From Octopus sinensis (taxonomy: Eukaryota): a DNA stretch of 64,000 bases. Of this stretch, positions 1 to 14,004 are shown piece after piece. Below the pieces are notes generated by a model, which did not search any database, had not been told where the DNA came from, and saw only the letters and a list, made by a program, of their open reading frames with translations. The stretch covers positions 30,318,001 through 30,382,000 of the forward strand of contig NC_043009.1 in the NCBI RefSeq assembly GCF_006345805.1, read 5' to 3'. Each line of letters begins with the position of its first letter. Position 1 is the stretch's first letter. The position numbers and the translations under genes were made by a program.

Positions 1-249
1 GCCGTCGTCGTCACTATCGTAATCATCACCAACGTAGTCAACATCTTTCACACCATCATAAACATATAACTCTAACGGAATCGTTAAGGGCCCAGGGGGA
101 ACATTATTTGTATTATTGTTCTAGATTCTAAACACACTTATTTCAAATCTTGCGTAAAGGAATTATGTCTTTCCCAGATCGTAAGTGCAGGAATCGATTT
201 AATTGACTAACACAATCCGCCAAATATGTAACTTTGTGCTTATGTTAAT

Positions 250-720
250 TAGCCATAACTCAACACAATCTGGAAAGAGGGTGCTCGAAACAAGAACATT
301 ATAAATTGAAGTTCCTGAAGACACTGTTTTGGTCTGTTGCCTACATGTGAAAGCTACACTCTAAGAGCAAACGACACTGCAAAACTAAAGAAATAACATG
401 CTACAAAAGAGCGCTACTAATTGGTTATCCAACAAATTTGTCAGCACTCCGGGAAATGAGAACAATAAGAAAAAGTTGGGCAGCAGCTACAAATGAAGAG
501 CTGCTGTTATCAGAGCCCAGAAATTCAGCGTTGAAATCTTCGAAGGAAGAAACCTCATCAAACGTGACAAGGAAAGACCGAGAAGTTCCTGGTTGGATGA
601 TATCAAGGGATAAACCGGAGGATTTTTAACTGAATGCGCAACCAAACTTAGGGTTCGGAACAGATGAAGAGATATAGAGCATCTATTTTCTCAGACTCAC
701 GGCAATGAGGATTGGAATAG
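250..720 (+). mobile_element. Degraded RTE-type LINE 3' fragment
   Basis: A frame with stops reads IFEGRNLIKRDKERPRSSWLDDIKG*TGGFLTECATKLRVRNR, resembling the RTE ORF C-terminus (xLEGKxxGKRxRGRPRxxWxDxIK...DRxxWR). Confidence 0.6.
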
Positions 721-859
721 ACGAAGCAAGGTGAAATTAATCTGTGGTTTATTTCCGACAAGATTTTTACTGTTATTAAAATTCCCTGTTGCAACCGACT
801 GAAACTATGGACATCATCCAATACTCTCTGTCTTATTCAACGACGCGTAATTCTCCTGC

Positions 860-1100
860 TGGTTGTCTCGGTGTCAAGAATCGCTCTTGAGATTCTTTGA
901 TATTTTTCCTGCGTCATTCAAACCACGTGTATGTGGACTTGTCCATGTTAAGTAGCGGTTAGACCTAGACTAACTCCTTGATCGCTTCTTTACACACCGT
1001 GCTGACTTACGTTACTCCGCGGATACTTTCGAGGAATCCTGCATTAGTGCTTGAATACGAAATCTTACTGTCGTTATCCTAGATTCGTACCTACAGGCGA
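860..1100 (-). mobile_element. Highly degraded RTE-like LINE fragment
   Basis: Minus frame with stops reads GFLESIRGVT*VSTVCKEAIKEL...TWF, similar to the LRRIxGVTxxDRVRNxxIR...RWFGHV region. Confidence 0.35.
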
Positions 1101-1465
1101 TGATAAGCACTAAAGCCTAATTGAAGATAGCAAGTTGTGATTGTTTACTAACCATTCTTCTTCTTACGATCAAATGTCGTTATCTCATTACTGCACCAGC
1201 ATCTGCAAATCTAACATTCAATTCAGCCGCCTGCCTCCATATTTATATATGAACGAATGCTTATACTTTATGAGTGCATGCATAAGATTTTATTCTTATA
1301 GTCTTTCATTGGTTTCTGACAACACACAGTGACATTACTGGGTATATATTACATACTAAAATATACTGTATTTGTAGTTCTCGATTAATGCTATATTCAA
1401 GAATACTGGTGAGAATATAGATATATGGATATCTACGCAGGCAAAAATACACATATATATATATG

Positions 1466-1486
1466 ATTAGATAAATAGATAGATAA

Positions 1487-1565
<79 letters not shown>

Positions 1566-1586
1566 CAAAGATAGATAGATAGATAA

Positions 1587-1671
<85 letters not shown>

Positions 1672-1684
1672 CAGACAAACAGAT

Positions 1685-1767
<83 letters not shown>

Positions 1768-1768
1768 C
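1466..1768. repeat. (AGAT)n microsatellite
   Basis: About 300 bp of near-perfect AGAT units; source of the IYLS ORFs. Confidence 0.98.
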
Positions 1769-2875
1769 ATTTGTATTCTCTATTTAATCATGAAGCCAGT
1801 GATAAAGACATGATCACAGCAAACAGTTTCAACACTTCATATCTGAATAACTTAGAGAAATTTCAGACACTGTGGCTACTAACATGTTCAGATACCTGGT
1901 GTGTCTGTGATCAGACAGTCATTGCCTTGCACAAGGAAATGAGACAACACTGGTAAAATCTTTCCAAGTTTTTTCTTTCTATTAAGTAAATAATATAAAT
2001 AATGAAGAAATGTTATAGATAATAACAAAGAAAAGATACATTTTTGAATTCAATGTTTTATTTCTAACTTGGAGATTTTGGCTCAATGATGATCAGATAA
2101 CACAGATGGAGTTGTGCAGAAACTAAAGAAAATCTGGGAAATGTTAAAAGAGTAAGATTATTAAAGAAATGAAATCTTAAATTGAATAGAATGAACTCGG
2201 TCTGGAAAACGGCAATTCTTGCAGTTATTTTTAGGTTTGTTGTTGTTATTGTTTATGCAGCAGATCAGTCCTATTTGAGTAACGATCAAAGACGTTCCAC
2301 TCCTGACAATTTCAGTTTCTATGAGACAGATGAAATTGTAAAGATTTTAAAGAAAATGTTGGAATAGTTAAGAGTAATATATTAAAGAAGTGGAATCTTA
2401 AATTGAATGGAAAGAATTTGGTCTGAAATACAACTTAATGTTATTGCTGTTGATGTTGTTATTCATGTCATTGGTGTTGTTTAAATACCAGACCAGTCTT
2501 AATTGAGCTCAAATATGATGAAAGGCATCCCACTCGTGACCGTTTCATTGTCTAGGACTGAACGATTCCATCTGTTTATCACTCTTAAATGACATTACGT
2601 CTAATATGAGAGCGATTTTGTCTCTTATTATATTCAGGATGAGATATTACGTGAGAATTTGAGATTTAAAGCAAAGAAAGAATCGTACATAACACTTAAG
2701 ACATAGAAATAATGTTAGATGTACGCAGTTCACCTGTTTATTTGTCATGACACGGGCAGACAATCGAATTTCCTTTAGTAATGTTACGAAAGCTCTTCTG
2801 CTTTCAACTTTGTCACTTTAATTTGAATATTCAATTATTCTTCCCCACCGCAACCAATATGCTGTTGCCATAGAC

Positions 2876-3171
<296 letters not shown>

Positions 3172-5479
3172 CCCTACATCATATAATATAGCGGCTTGTA
3201 TTTTATATTGTTTGTCAAGAAACTAGTTGGGAATTTTTGCGTAAAAATCACACGTGGATTCTGTATTTTTGTTTCTTTTACAATAGAGAAATAAATGAAA
3301 ACATCATATTATTCATACATTTTTACAGTTCATATTTGATCTATATCTACAAGCAGACTGTTTCTGCATATCGTGATTCATTGTAATAGAGCAACAGAAC
3401 AATAGATAGCGAATTAATTGCGAACTCATATGAATCACTCCAAATTTGATGCTATATTATTGTCGCATATAGAGACTGAGATTGATGCGAAGTTATAGAC
3501 ATTAGTCATTTCACTATTTCTTACATTAATTCTGAAAATATTTCTATAAAGAAAATGGTATAAACAGAAGAAAACAGAGAACATCAATCATTTAAAGTCT
3601 TAAAGCTACTTTTTTCGAAAAGTTTTAACATTAAACATAAAAAAATCATTAAAAAACACTAACAAATACTTTGTGCAATAATATTTTTTCGTTATAATTC
3701 TATTATGATATAAAAGTCAGCGTTTATACCTTGACCTTTCAATTCTAATATCTGACACTGACATCAAGGATTACTAAAATTAAATTCTGTTCTACTTGAT
3801 TTAAAATTGCTCAACAGTTTCAACCTCGTGATATTAAATGTTTATGGTAAAGTATATTTAATATATTTATACTACACACACTCACTCCCACACACATACA
3901 TACATTTATATGTATATACATATGCGCATGTAAATGTATATACATATATACATAATATGAGTGTATATGTTTGTATACATATGTGTATATATGTATCTGA
4001 ATATTCATGTATATATGTGTGTATGTTACAATTTATTTTTCATGTAATAATTTTGTAAGATACATTTTGACACCAACACACACATAATTATTGATATTTT
4101 CATATTTAAATGCAATAAATCCAATTCTTTTATTTATTACCTAACATAAATTGATTTTTTTTTACAAAAAATACTACCCATTCATCCATTAATAAACTAT
4201 TTAATTTGTTGTTCATTCACAAAGAAATATATTTACATGGATAATTATTTTCAGAATAGTTTTCATCTTGTTCTCTTTAGTTTAGTTATTTGTCTTTCTT
4301 TTTCATAACAGAAAATAAAATATATATTTTCCTATTTAGTGATTTTTCAAATTTCATTTAACTGTCCTATAAACATTACGAATATAAATGGAATAAAAGA
4401 AGGCTTCAGTCGTTTTGATTCAGACAAATAATGAAGAGGTCAGTGGCAAGTAATAGAAGTAATACTAAATTGATCAAACTAACCTTTGCCAATGAAACTG
4501 TACATATATATGTGTATGGAAGCCATAGATATACTGCTTCTCTGTAACTACGTTGTTTATACATGTACTCACACATGTACAGTTTTATATAAGCATACAC
4601 ACGCACATATATATTTATATGCATACGTGTATATATGTGCATATATAAAATACATGCATATGTATATACATATATACATACACATACACAAACACTTATA
4701 TATACTGCATACATTTCTGTGCCTGCATGTGCAGGAGTAATGGATCACTACCCAACAACATCATTAAATGTACTTGTGTATATATGAATTATCTATATGT
4801 AAAGTTTTGTTAAAATTCGAAGAACGATAATAAAATTATATGAATCATTGATTTATGCAGTTTCAGCCGTTTATATGTTCCTCGATGAATTAACTGCATG
4901 AAGATATTTCAATTCTTTTCAAGGCCTTCATTTAAACTTCTAATAATATTCTATGAGAAACGACAAGAAATACTCCGATTTGATTAATTTTTAGAACGGT
5001 ATTTGAAGTTTCTTGAACTGTGTTTACACAAGTAGATTTCAAAATACCCGAATGTGAAAAATAAAGTATAATTCTGAACTTAAATATCATTTTATACTTT
5101 TCGAAAAGAAGATTTAAGTTTTCAGGCATTCCGAACCAAAATAAAATCCGTAACTAAATATATGACATGTGTGTTAGGATTTGATGCGTTCGAAATGGTA
5201 CTTCAACTTTTTCCAAGTTTTAATAAACAGAACTGCAGAATTAGCGATTTCGTATTCGGAAAACTATCAGATAATTGTGCAAAAAATGGCATCGAAATTG
5301 ATGCAAAATGTTAATAGAATTGGTTGGAAAGGAGCTCTGATATGAGTTTACATCTCATGTGTAAGGTTAATGGGAGGAGTTCTAACACAATATTTTCCAT
5401 ACTTTAATGCCTTGAACCGTACATATTTTTGTTATTGGAATACGCTGAATGAAGTTTGGTCAGTAGTACTAGCAGCACC

Positions 5480-5866
5480 ATGTGGAGGCGCAATGGCCCA
5501 GTGGTTAGGGCAGCGGACTCGCGGTCATAGGATCGCGGTTTCGATTCCCAGACCGGGCGTTGTGAGTGTTTATTAAGCGAAAACACCTAAAGCTCCACGA
5601 GGCTCTGGCAGGGGATGGTGGTGATCCCTGCTGTACTCTTTCACCACAACTTTCTCTCACTCTTACTTCCTGTTTCTGTTGTACCTGTACTTCAAAAGGG
5701 CCGGCCTTGTCACTCTCTGTGTCACGCTGAATCTCCCCGAGAACTACGTTAAGGGTACACGTGTCTATGGAGTGCTCAGCCACTTACACGTTAATTTCAC
5801 GAGCAGGCTGTTCCGTTGATTCGGATCAACCGGAACCCTCATCGTCGTAACCGACGGAGTGCTTCC
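5480..5866 (+). mobile_element. Full-length tRNA-derived SINE with target-site duplication
   Basis: A-box TGGCCCAGTGG, B-box GGTTTCGATTCC; perfect 12-bp TSD ACTAGCAGCACC at 5468-5479 and 5867-5878. Confidence 0.9.
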
Positions 5867-6283
5867 ACTAGCAGCACCGGTAGAGACTGGCAGTAAATGG
5901 TTTTCATTTCAGTCAAAGAATGCTATATATGTTTTATTATCTTGTCTGAACATCAAGTTTGAAACTACTGGTGGAAATAATCACATCTATGATGATAAAT
6001 GCCAATACCAATAATGGCAACTGTCAAACGCTAATAATTTGACGTCATTTAACATACCAATAGCTTCTATTTTTAGAAAAATTATTTTCTTAAATTAATT
6101 CTCATAAAGTAAAACACTATCTTAATTGAAAGATGGATGCCAAAAATGTGTATTTAGTAAAAATAAAATGCAAAGAAATTCATCTTTTCAACTAACGTAA
6201 ACACTTTTAAATTAATTGCTAAAACGAATTGCAATATATTTAAATAATACTTAAAAATTAAATTGCGGGCTATTCATCTCCGC

Positions 6284-6345
<62 letters not shown>

Positions 6346-7284
6346 TTGTATTTGTATCACATTGTCAGCCATCCGGCCAAAGGAAAATTTGTTTCAAAGT
6401 TATTTCGATGCTTCATTTCTCTTGCTAGAATTCCTTCATAAATATAGACTTGTATTGGCGCAGCCATTCTATTGAAAACTTCCACCCATCACTCCAGTTT
6501 GTAAACAGGATAATTTCTGAAACTGATGCCTAACCTGATTTGATGCCATCCCTCATCAATCTTTGTATGCTTGGTTGCTTGTACTTAGGATGCTGAATAC
6601 ACGATTCTAAGTCGTTCCGTTTGATTTCCTGAACTGGTTGGTACGTATTCTCTTGTGCAAGACAACGTACATCACACTACCTCGGTTTTCTATAATGAAA
6701 ATGACTACCAGCTAAGGGCCGGCATTTCTATCACTATGAAAACAGCATATTCTAGACGTCGCGCTTGTTCACTATGTGGAGGATGGCTGGGATGTGTCTT
6801 GCTCTGCTCACAATTATATAGGTTCCGAAGAAAAATGTTTTATTTACGAAAGCTTTGTAGATGACACCGGTTAATGAGAGTGATGGCTATGAAACTAGAA
6901 ATGTTTTTTAAGATTTCATATGCGATTCACTTCAATTGTCCAGAAGATGATATATATCTATGTTATGCCATGTGGACAGTGTCTGAAGATTGTGCTAGGA
7001 CAACTGACATGTTAGAAAAAAAATGTCTGGCATGCTCTCAGCACATGAAACTAATAGTAGCACATAAAACATATTGTGTTTTTTAAATAATATTTATCTC
7101 TCACTAGATGGAGTACTTTAGTTGATCTTACCATCACGGAACAGTGCACTGTATATTTGTCCCTCTGTATTTTTAAGAAGCCATCAGGTTTTCCAGATCT
7201 GACGATACACCTTAAAGCTAAACCCTTTATGGACGGAAGACCTAAAGTAATCGCATAAACCGGCCTTCCAATTTTATATATATA

Positions 7285-8155
7285 CAGGGTGTTCAATTTA
7301 AATTTGACGGTTTGTGGGAAAATTAAATTAAATACAGTAATCCATCCAAAACTAAAAGTATTTTTCAAAAGTAAAAAATATCAACTAGATTACGTCTGAG
7401 AAAATGATTTACTGAAACCATCCTCAGCTTCCACCACAGTTTCAAATAGGGTCGGGAATCGGGCGTGTGCGCTTATGACAGTGTTTCTGGGAATATCTTC
7501 GAACACCTTCTTGTGTTCAGCCACTTGGTTATCCTTGGTGTTGCTGCCAGAATGTTAGCATCTCTTTCAACGGCACCCCGCACTTCATGGGATTACAATT
7601 GGGTCAGTTAAAAGGCTAGAAATTAGGACCGGTAAAGTCGTAGAAATTCACTAACAACCATTTCTGACAGTTTCTAGAGGTGTGACGAGGAGCCAAATCT
7701 TACTGCCACACATGACCTTCCAGCAGCAATCCTCTCCAGTTAGGATTTGGTAACAGTCTTCAGTAGTCTCACATAGGCGTCTGAACTGAGCTTATGGCCA
7801 TGCTCCATGAGGTATGGATCAATTCTGACGTGTGGACGCAGTCGAGACGTCTGCTGTGATCCATATTGCTGCTCACGGATCCGTAATCTCACTAACAGCT
7901 ATTCGTATCATGTTTAATAGCCTTTAAACGCTTCACAGAATATTGAGCAGCAACCATGATGTCACCAGTTTGATAATCGGTGCGAATCATCATGATACAT
8001 CTAACTTTTTTTCCAATATTCAGATGGCTTCCAGTCCTACCTGACAGCTAACTTTATCTCGGCTACAACTTCAACGCCATTGATGGTTCACCTACATAGC
8101 ACACTATTCCTGAGGAAGGGAGACATTCAAGTCGTCAATTTAGCCAAACATCCTG
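7285..8155 (-). mobile_element. Degraded, internally deleted Tc1/mariner element
   Basis: TA|CAGGGTGTTCAATTTAAATTTGACG left end and a degenerate inverse end at 8131-8155; minus strand retains PNCNPM (WPPNSPDxNPxD-like) and ARFPTLFETVVEAEDGF (C-terminal CxxFxxRLxAVIxAxGG-like). Confidence 0.7.
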
Positions 8156-9062
8156 TCTAGATCCGTATATGTATGTCTATATGTGTGTGTGTGTGTATGT
8201 GGTTGTGCACGCATACAGATTCAGATGCTTAACACACGAAATACTTCTACAAGTATTAAGTGAAAATGGGAAAATAAGAAGCTTTTGTCTCTACTACTTC
8301 AATTATATGAAAACCTGCAAAATATACATAGAGTATGCACAAGGACAAAGATCGAACATGGCATTATCAAAAATTGTTTTAATATGTTGTGTCCGTGCGT
8401 ATATATATATGTGTGTGTGTGAGTGTGCAAAACAAATATTTTGTTAGAAACACGCATATACGCATACACACAACTTGTATAACTAGTAGCTATATTTCAG
8501 GTTCAGACAGATGCAGCATACAGTTTTTGGTCTATCTTTGTAACTTATACGAAACTATTAGTTATGTAAAGTGTTGCGTTTGCAAGTGTGCATGCACGTG
8601 TGTGTGTGTGTGTGTGGTGAATGAACGTGTATATGCGCGCGCCTGTCTGCATTGTGTTGAGACAGTTGATCAACATTACTTATGTTTTATTTTTCTCGTG
8701 AAAATTGTTATCGCCGTTGTTTGTCCCATCTTAGATCACTCCTATTGAACGTCCGTATCATGCGAAACATCTAGGCAATAAACAGCATTTCTATATTTAT
8801 AGAGCTACCAGATTAAAAACAATACATTATCCATAATTTAAAAAATTGTAGACCGGGATTCGGTGGAAAGGTTGCTGTTATTTCAGCAGATCAATACTTC
8901 ACGTAGACTTTAATTACTCTGTACATTGCTAAGAAATATGAACTCGTTTCTTAGTGTGTTTCATTTTCGGCATTCACTAGATTCTGTTGGTTGCCAATTT
9001 TAGCCTCAGTATTCCGTTTTAACCTTGTAGTCACTTATTGTTTTATTATTTATGAAGTATAA

Positions 9063-9255
9063 AGGTGGCGAGCTGGCAGAATCGTTAAGCACGCTGGACG
9101 AAATGCTTAGCCCATCGCTGCGTTCTAAGTTCAAATTCCGCCGTGGTGGACTTTGCCTTGTCGGGGTCGATAAAACAAGTACCATTTGGACACTGCGGTC
9201 GATGTAATCAACTCATCCCCACCTACCCCAAGCTACCCTTGTGGCAAAAAATTGA
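9063..9255 (+). mobile_element. MetaSINE-like tRNA SINE
   Basis: Head GGTGGCGAGCTGGCAGAATCGTTA, B-box GTTCAAATTCC, central GGGGTCGATAAAACAAGTACCA. Confidence 0.85.
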
Positions 9256-9576
9256 AATAATTATTTATGACTCATTAAGTAGTTTTGCATTATAGTCAGG
9301 TGAGTCGTCGGCAAATTACTGAACATTTGATTTTAAAATGATCATTATACAGATTAGAAAGTATTAGAAGTAGTTCAACGTATCATTGCATATCAGATCT
9401 AAAATTTGTACTTTAACAGAAATCAAGATGGCATCCAAGTGGCTTGAATACTTGTGATATGACTTTCAGCTACATTACTACAAAGCTGATACTTGGCTGA
9501 CAACAACAAAGAAAGGCAAAATTTATGCGATTACTTGGTTGGCTTTCAACATAAGATCCACTCACACATGCATGTA

Positions 9577-10424
9577 CAGGGTGTCCAAAAAGCCACTATA
9601 CACTTTCTTTTTCCTATTCCGTTCATATATCATTCAGAGAGACGTGATACCATCAGCATTTGACACCTTAGTTTTTGTAAGTGTATCATTCCCTTTCCCC
9701 ATAGCATACCATACCACCAGTTTCGGAGAGTTTCGTTCATGCTCGAGAATTTCTGCTGGTTTTGATTCTCCCCATCTTCGACAATTGTATCGGTTTACCC
9801 TATCAGGGCGATGAAAGGTAGACTCATCGCTGAAACATAAGTTTTCCAAGAACTAAGAGTCGTTTTGGTAATGGTGGCGGAGTGATTCACGCATTTCTAC
9901 ACGAGCATCATAATCTTCCGCTTGAAGCCTTTGAAGAACCTAATGTCGCAACGGACATAACTTTATCACTCCCTGAAGCATCCGCTGGATCGAGTTTTTA
10001 TTGATGCTAAGTTCCAGTGATGTCCTCCGGATGGACTTCCTCTGGCTTTTCGTGAACGCCTGCTTATGAAGTTCGCTGTTTTCATCAGTGAAGGTAATAG
10101 GAGGCGTTCCGCTTCGTGGTTTGTCAAGATCAGATCCTGAATCAAGAAACTTGCTATGGATAGCATAAACTGTGCCACGCGTTGGAGCAGTATGACGGTC
10201 ATAAACCTTCTCAAACTTGCGACGAACAGCAGTAGGGGACGGAAAAACTTCTTGCCAGGTGGCAATTTTGCAGCGGTGCTCTAAAGTCAATGGGTAAGGG
10301 AATGATACATTTACAAAAGCTGCAAGGTCTAAGGTGTCAGATGCTGATGGCCTAACGTCTCTTCCAATGATACATAGAGCGAAATAGAAAAAAGAAAATG
10401 TATAGTGACTTTTGGGACACCCTG
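9577..10424 (-). mobile_element. Tc1/mariner non-autonomous element with truncated transposase
   Basis: TA TSDs (9575-76, 10425-26), TIR CAGGGTGTCC(A/C)AAAAG(C/T)CACTATACA; minus ORFs 10290-9940 (HTH region, KPRSG, RKSIRR) and 9849-9634 (FSDESTF first catalytic D, NRYNCRRW, SPKLVVW); rest of the DDE domain is absent. Confidence 0.92.
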
Positions 10425-12840
10425 TATTAGCTTCATTTTCAGAAAATTTGGATTAATAGGTATCGTAAGATTTATCTCCCTTGCTTGTTGTTATTTAAAT
10501 TTTAGAAAACTTTTGAGGAAGACTTTGTTTTTTTAATAGCAAGTATAATCCCAGTTAATCGGAATTTTAGATACCATTCATTTAGCTTTATGAGACTCTA
10601 CTGAACGTGTGTTCTCAGTTTTCCTAGATTTTAAAAGCTAGTCATAATTAAATGTATTTTATTTCATTTATTTCTGAATTTTTCAAATCTAAGTTACAGT
10701 TAATTACAAAGACTTTAATTAATGCATGTAGCACAATACGAGTTAATGTCTAGAATATAATGGAATTTCTACTAATTTTTTTCTACTTATTTCGTTTAAA
10801 TTTTCTTTTATTAAAATCTTCCCCATTGCTTTCATCATACTCGGTACAAAGAGATACGTCATGGATATTTATTTCTTTATATGTTGCTTTTATATTGCAT
10901 ATATATGATTAACCTAAAATAAATTACACCATTCAAATAGAAATTCTATCATTCATTCAATAATGTGATGTCTTAAAAGGTGGTAAAACATCTTGTAATA
11001 TAATTATATTAATCCATTCTCATACACACAAACTAGAAAGCTGACAGAGAAACAATAATGGTTAAATTTTAAATATTCTAAAATATAATCTTAAAGTAAA
11101 ATATAAAAAGAAGAATCAATATTATTTGAAATATTCTTGAAATTATATTTAGAATTCCATTTTTGTCACTCTAAATGTGCTATATTTATATCATTTTACT
11201 TTTTTTTTTCGGTTGTAAAAATGAATATTCAATAATTTCATTTTATTATTTTATCCCATTGTCACTTCGCATCGTTCCATTTACATTTTAATATTTTTTA
11301 TAGCAATACTTACATTATCGGGAAATATATCCATCAGTCATTACCATCTTATTGAATTCTAATTTTTTTCTGGAATTTTCTAAAAGGGTTAAGTATCTGG
11401 CTAAATAGTCATTTTGTCATTTCGATGTTCTTGTTGTTGTTGTTATTGTTTATATTTGCTCTCTCTAAGTTGAACAGAATGTAGATGTTAGTAAGTCAAA
11501 GTGTAAGGAAGGACATTAAGTAAAATGATGCTAATTTTAGAGCATGTATACCATTCTAAAAAGCTGGAGAACTGAGAGAAGCGCCTCGGGCAACTACATA
11601 CCGAGGTTAAAATCTTGCTTGTAAAAACTCAACTTGGCAACGATAAGCTGAAATATATTGAGTTATTACACTAACTATATACTGATATGTTTGTATGGTA
11701 ATTTCTACATACTTAAATGGGACAATGGCTACTTGCCTTGAACTATATTGGCACTACTTGTAGAAATATATGCCCTTTCATTATACACAGACGCACATAC
11801 ATCCCATCATACAGAGTTATAGAACGATTTACGTACGCATGTGCAGCAGTACGCATACATACACACACATACAAACATAAACCTACATTTACGCATACTC
11901 AATGTACTACCTTAAGAAAACACGTATGTATACATTACCTTAAAACAACTATATATGTTTTGCGTGAATTAATGAATCTCTAAGTATACATATTATGGAA
12001 ATTGAATATAGAGATTTGTACTTGTGTGAGGATGTTAATAATAGGTATGCGTGTATTTTTATGTAAGGATGTGTAAATGCTTATATATATGTATATATAT
12101 GCGAGTGTGTGTGTGTATGTGTGTGTGCGCGTGTGATGTGTCATGTATATAAGAATGTACTATCTACGTATAAATGCAATATACAGGCTTGGATATAGAA
12201 AAACACAGACACGTGCATATATAGATATATATATATATGTGTGTGTTTGTGTATGCATGTATGTATATGTATATGTATGCATATGTAATTGTGTATAAGT
12301 ATACATTACTATATGTGTGATTTTAAAAATAGAAGAACATATCCGACCATTAAATTTATAGTAGAAAGTGTTTAGCCATTAGATAAAAGTTTTCCGTGTG
12401 TAATCTAAGTTTGTCTGCTAATGTAATGTAGTAAAGCAAGTTAAAGTATGCTATGTGGAAAGTATACACAATTCGACAAGTCTATATACACTGAAACAAA
12501 TATCCTAACAGCCGTGTTCCAGTATTATATGACATTAAGTTGTGTGCAAACTTGTGAAAGGTGAAACTAATGTTTTTCTTACCCTTGCAGTAATTTTTGA
12601 ATATACTGTTTATATACACACACATACACACACACGCACGCCGCCACCACGCCACACACAATCACTTGCACACGCACACACACACACACACACACGCACA
12701 CTCACACACACGCACACAGCATATGCATGTATCTATTTTGCGTTTGCATATATGCGCTTGAATTTATAGCTATGTATTTATTTACATAAGATCCGTATGT
12801 GTATGTGTTTGTGTGTGTGTGTGTATTTATATAGATACAT

Positions 12841-12892
<52 letters not shown>

Positions 12893-13039
12893 GCATGTGT
12901 GCGTCAGTATGAATATATATTTATGTCCTCTGTATATGTATATATCAAAATCAAATTACTTATTCAGCAGTGTTTTATATTTCACAGAACTTTAAATGTT
13001 TCTCTCATTATATATATATATATACTCAGCACACACACT

Positions 13040-13103
13040 CATACACACACGTGCATACATACATACATTCATACATACATACAAACATACATACAAACAT
13101 ACA

Positions 13104-13140
<37 letters not shown>

Positions 13141-13410
13141 AAATACCCTGTTGTCAATGTGGAAATTCCAATGAAGGAGTCTTGGATCTAGGTTAGAAAC
13201 CGGCTCTTTCTCTGTTGGCAAGAAATCTTGAAATAAAACTGATTAATGACATACATGCATACATACATACGTACATACATACGTACATACGTACATACAT
13301 ACGTACATACGTACATACATACGTACATCCATCCATCCATCCATCCATCCATCCATCCATACATACATACATACATACATACATACATACATACATACAT
13401 AGTCACACAC
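13040..13410. repeat. (ACAT)n/(ATCC)n microsatellite block with a short embedded repeat (13140-13250)
   Basis: Direct inspection; the embedded ~110-bp unit has a relative at ~33260-33345. Confidence 0.85.
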
Positions 13411-13550
13411 ACACACGTACAGGAGACTCGAATGTGTAAATATAAATGCGTATAATATATGTACGCACGACCCTCTTCATCTTTCTTATTTTAACATCTG
13501 TTTTTCTTTACTGGCATGGTTTGGTTGAATACTTATATTCACGCACATAA

Positions 13551-13588
<38 letters not shown>

Positions 13589-14004
13589 TATAAGTTGGGG
13601 CAGAAATGTTGGATATCTTTCATTAATTGTCTCGTTTACCCTACAAGTTACTGGTCTCCATCATACATTTAGTTTTATCACAACTAAGATAATATAAATT
13701 GTGATTTTGCACTGATTTCAACTCTACCCTATAAATATTGTGATTTGTGTCTAAGTAACGAATCACTTCATACACACACACACGCGCACGTCCGCCCGCC
13801 CGCACACACACTCTCTCTCTCTCTCTCTCTCTCTCGTATGATATATAAATATGAGTATTTATATATATCTTTGTGTTTGTGTGTGTAAATATATGATTAC
13901 ATAAATCCATATACATTAAAAAGACCCCCTGTGGGTCAAATAGGAAAGTAATCCCAAGTTTCATAAGTATTTTTTTTTTAGTTCTAGTATTGTCTTGCCT
14001 TTAA

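Noticed and set aside
5480-5570. tRNA genes at SINE heads (also 23599, 33037-33103, 41049, 51896)
   Set aside because: A/B boxes are present but the acceptor stem does not close, and each continues into a SINE body.
13160-13210. CCAATGA...GAAACCGGCT motif (relative at ~33285-33330)
   Set aside because: Two core changes, no U16.1 and no helix I.
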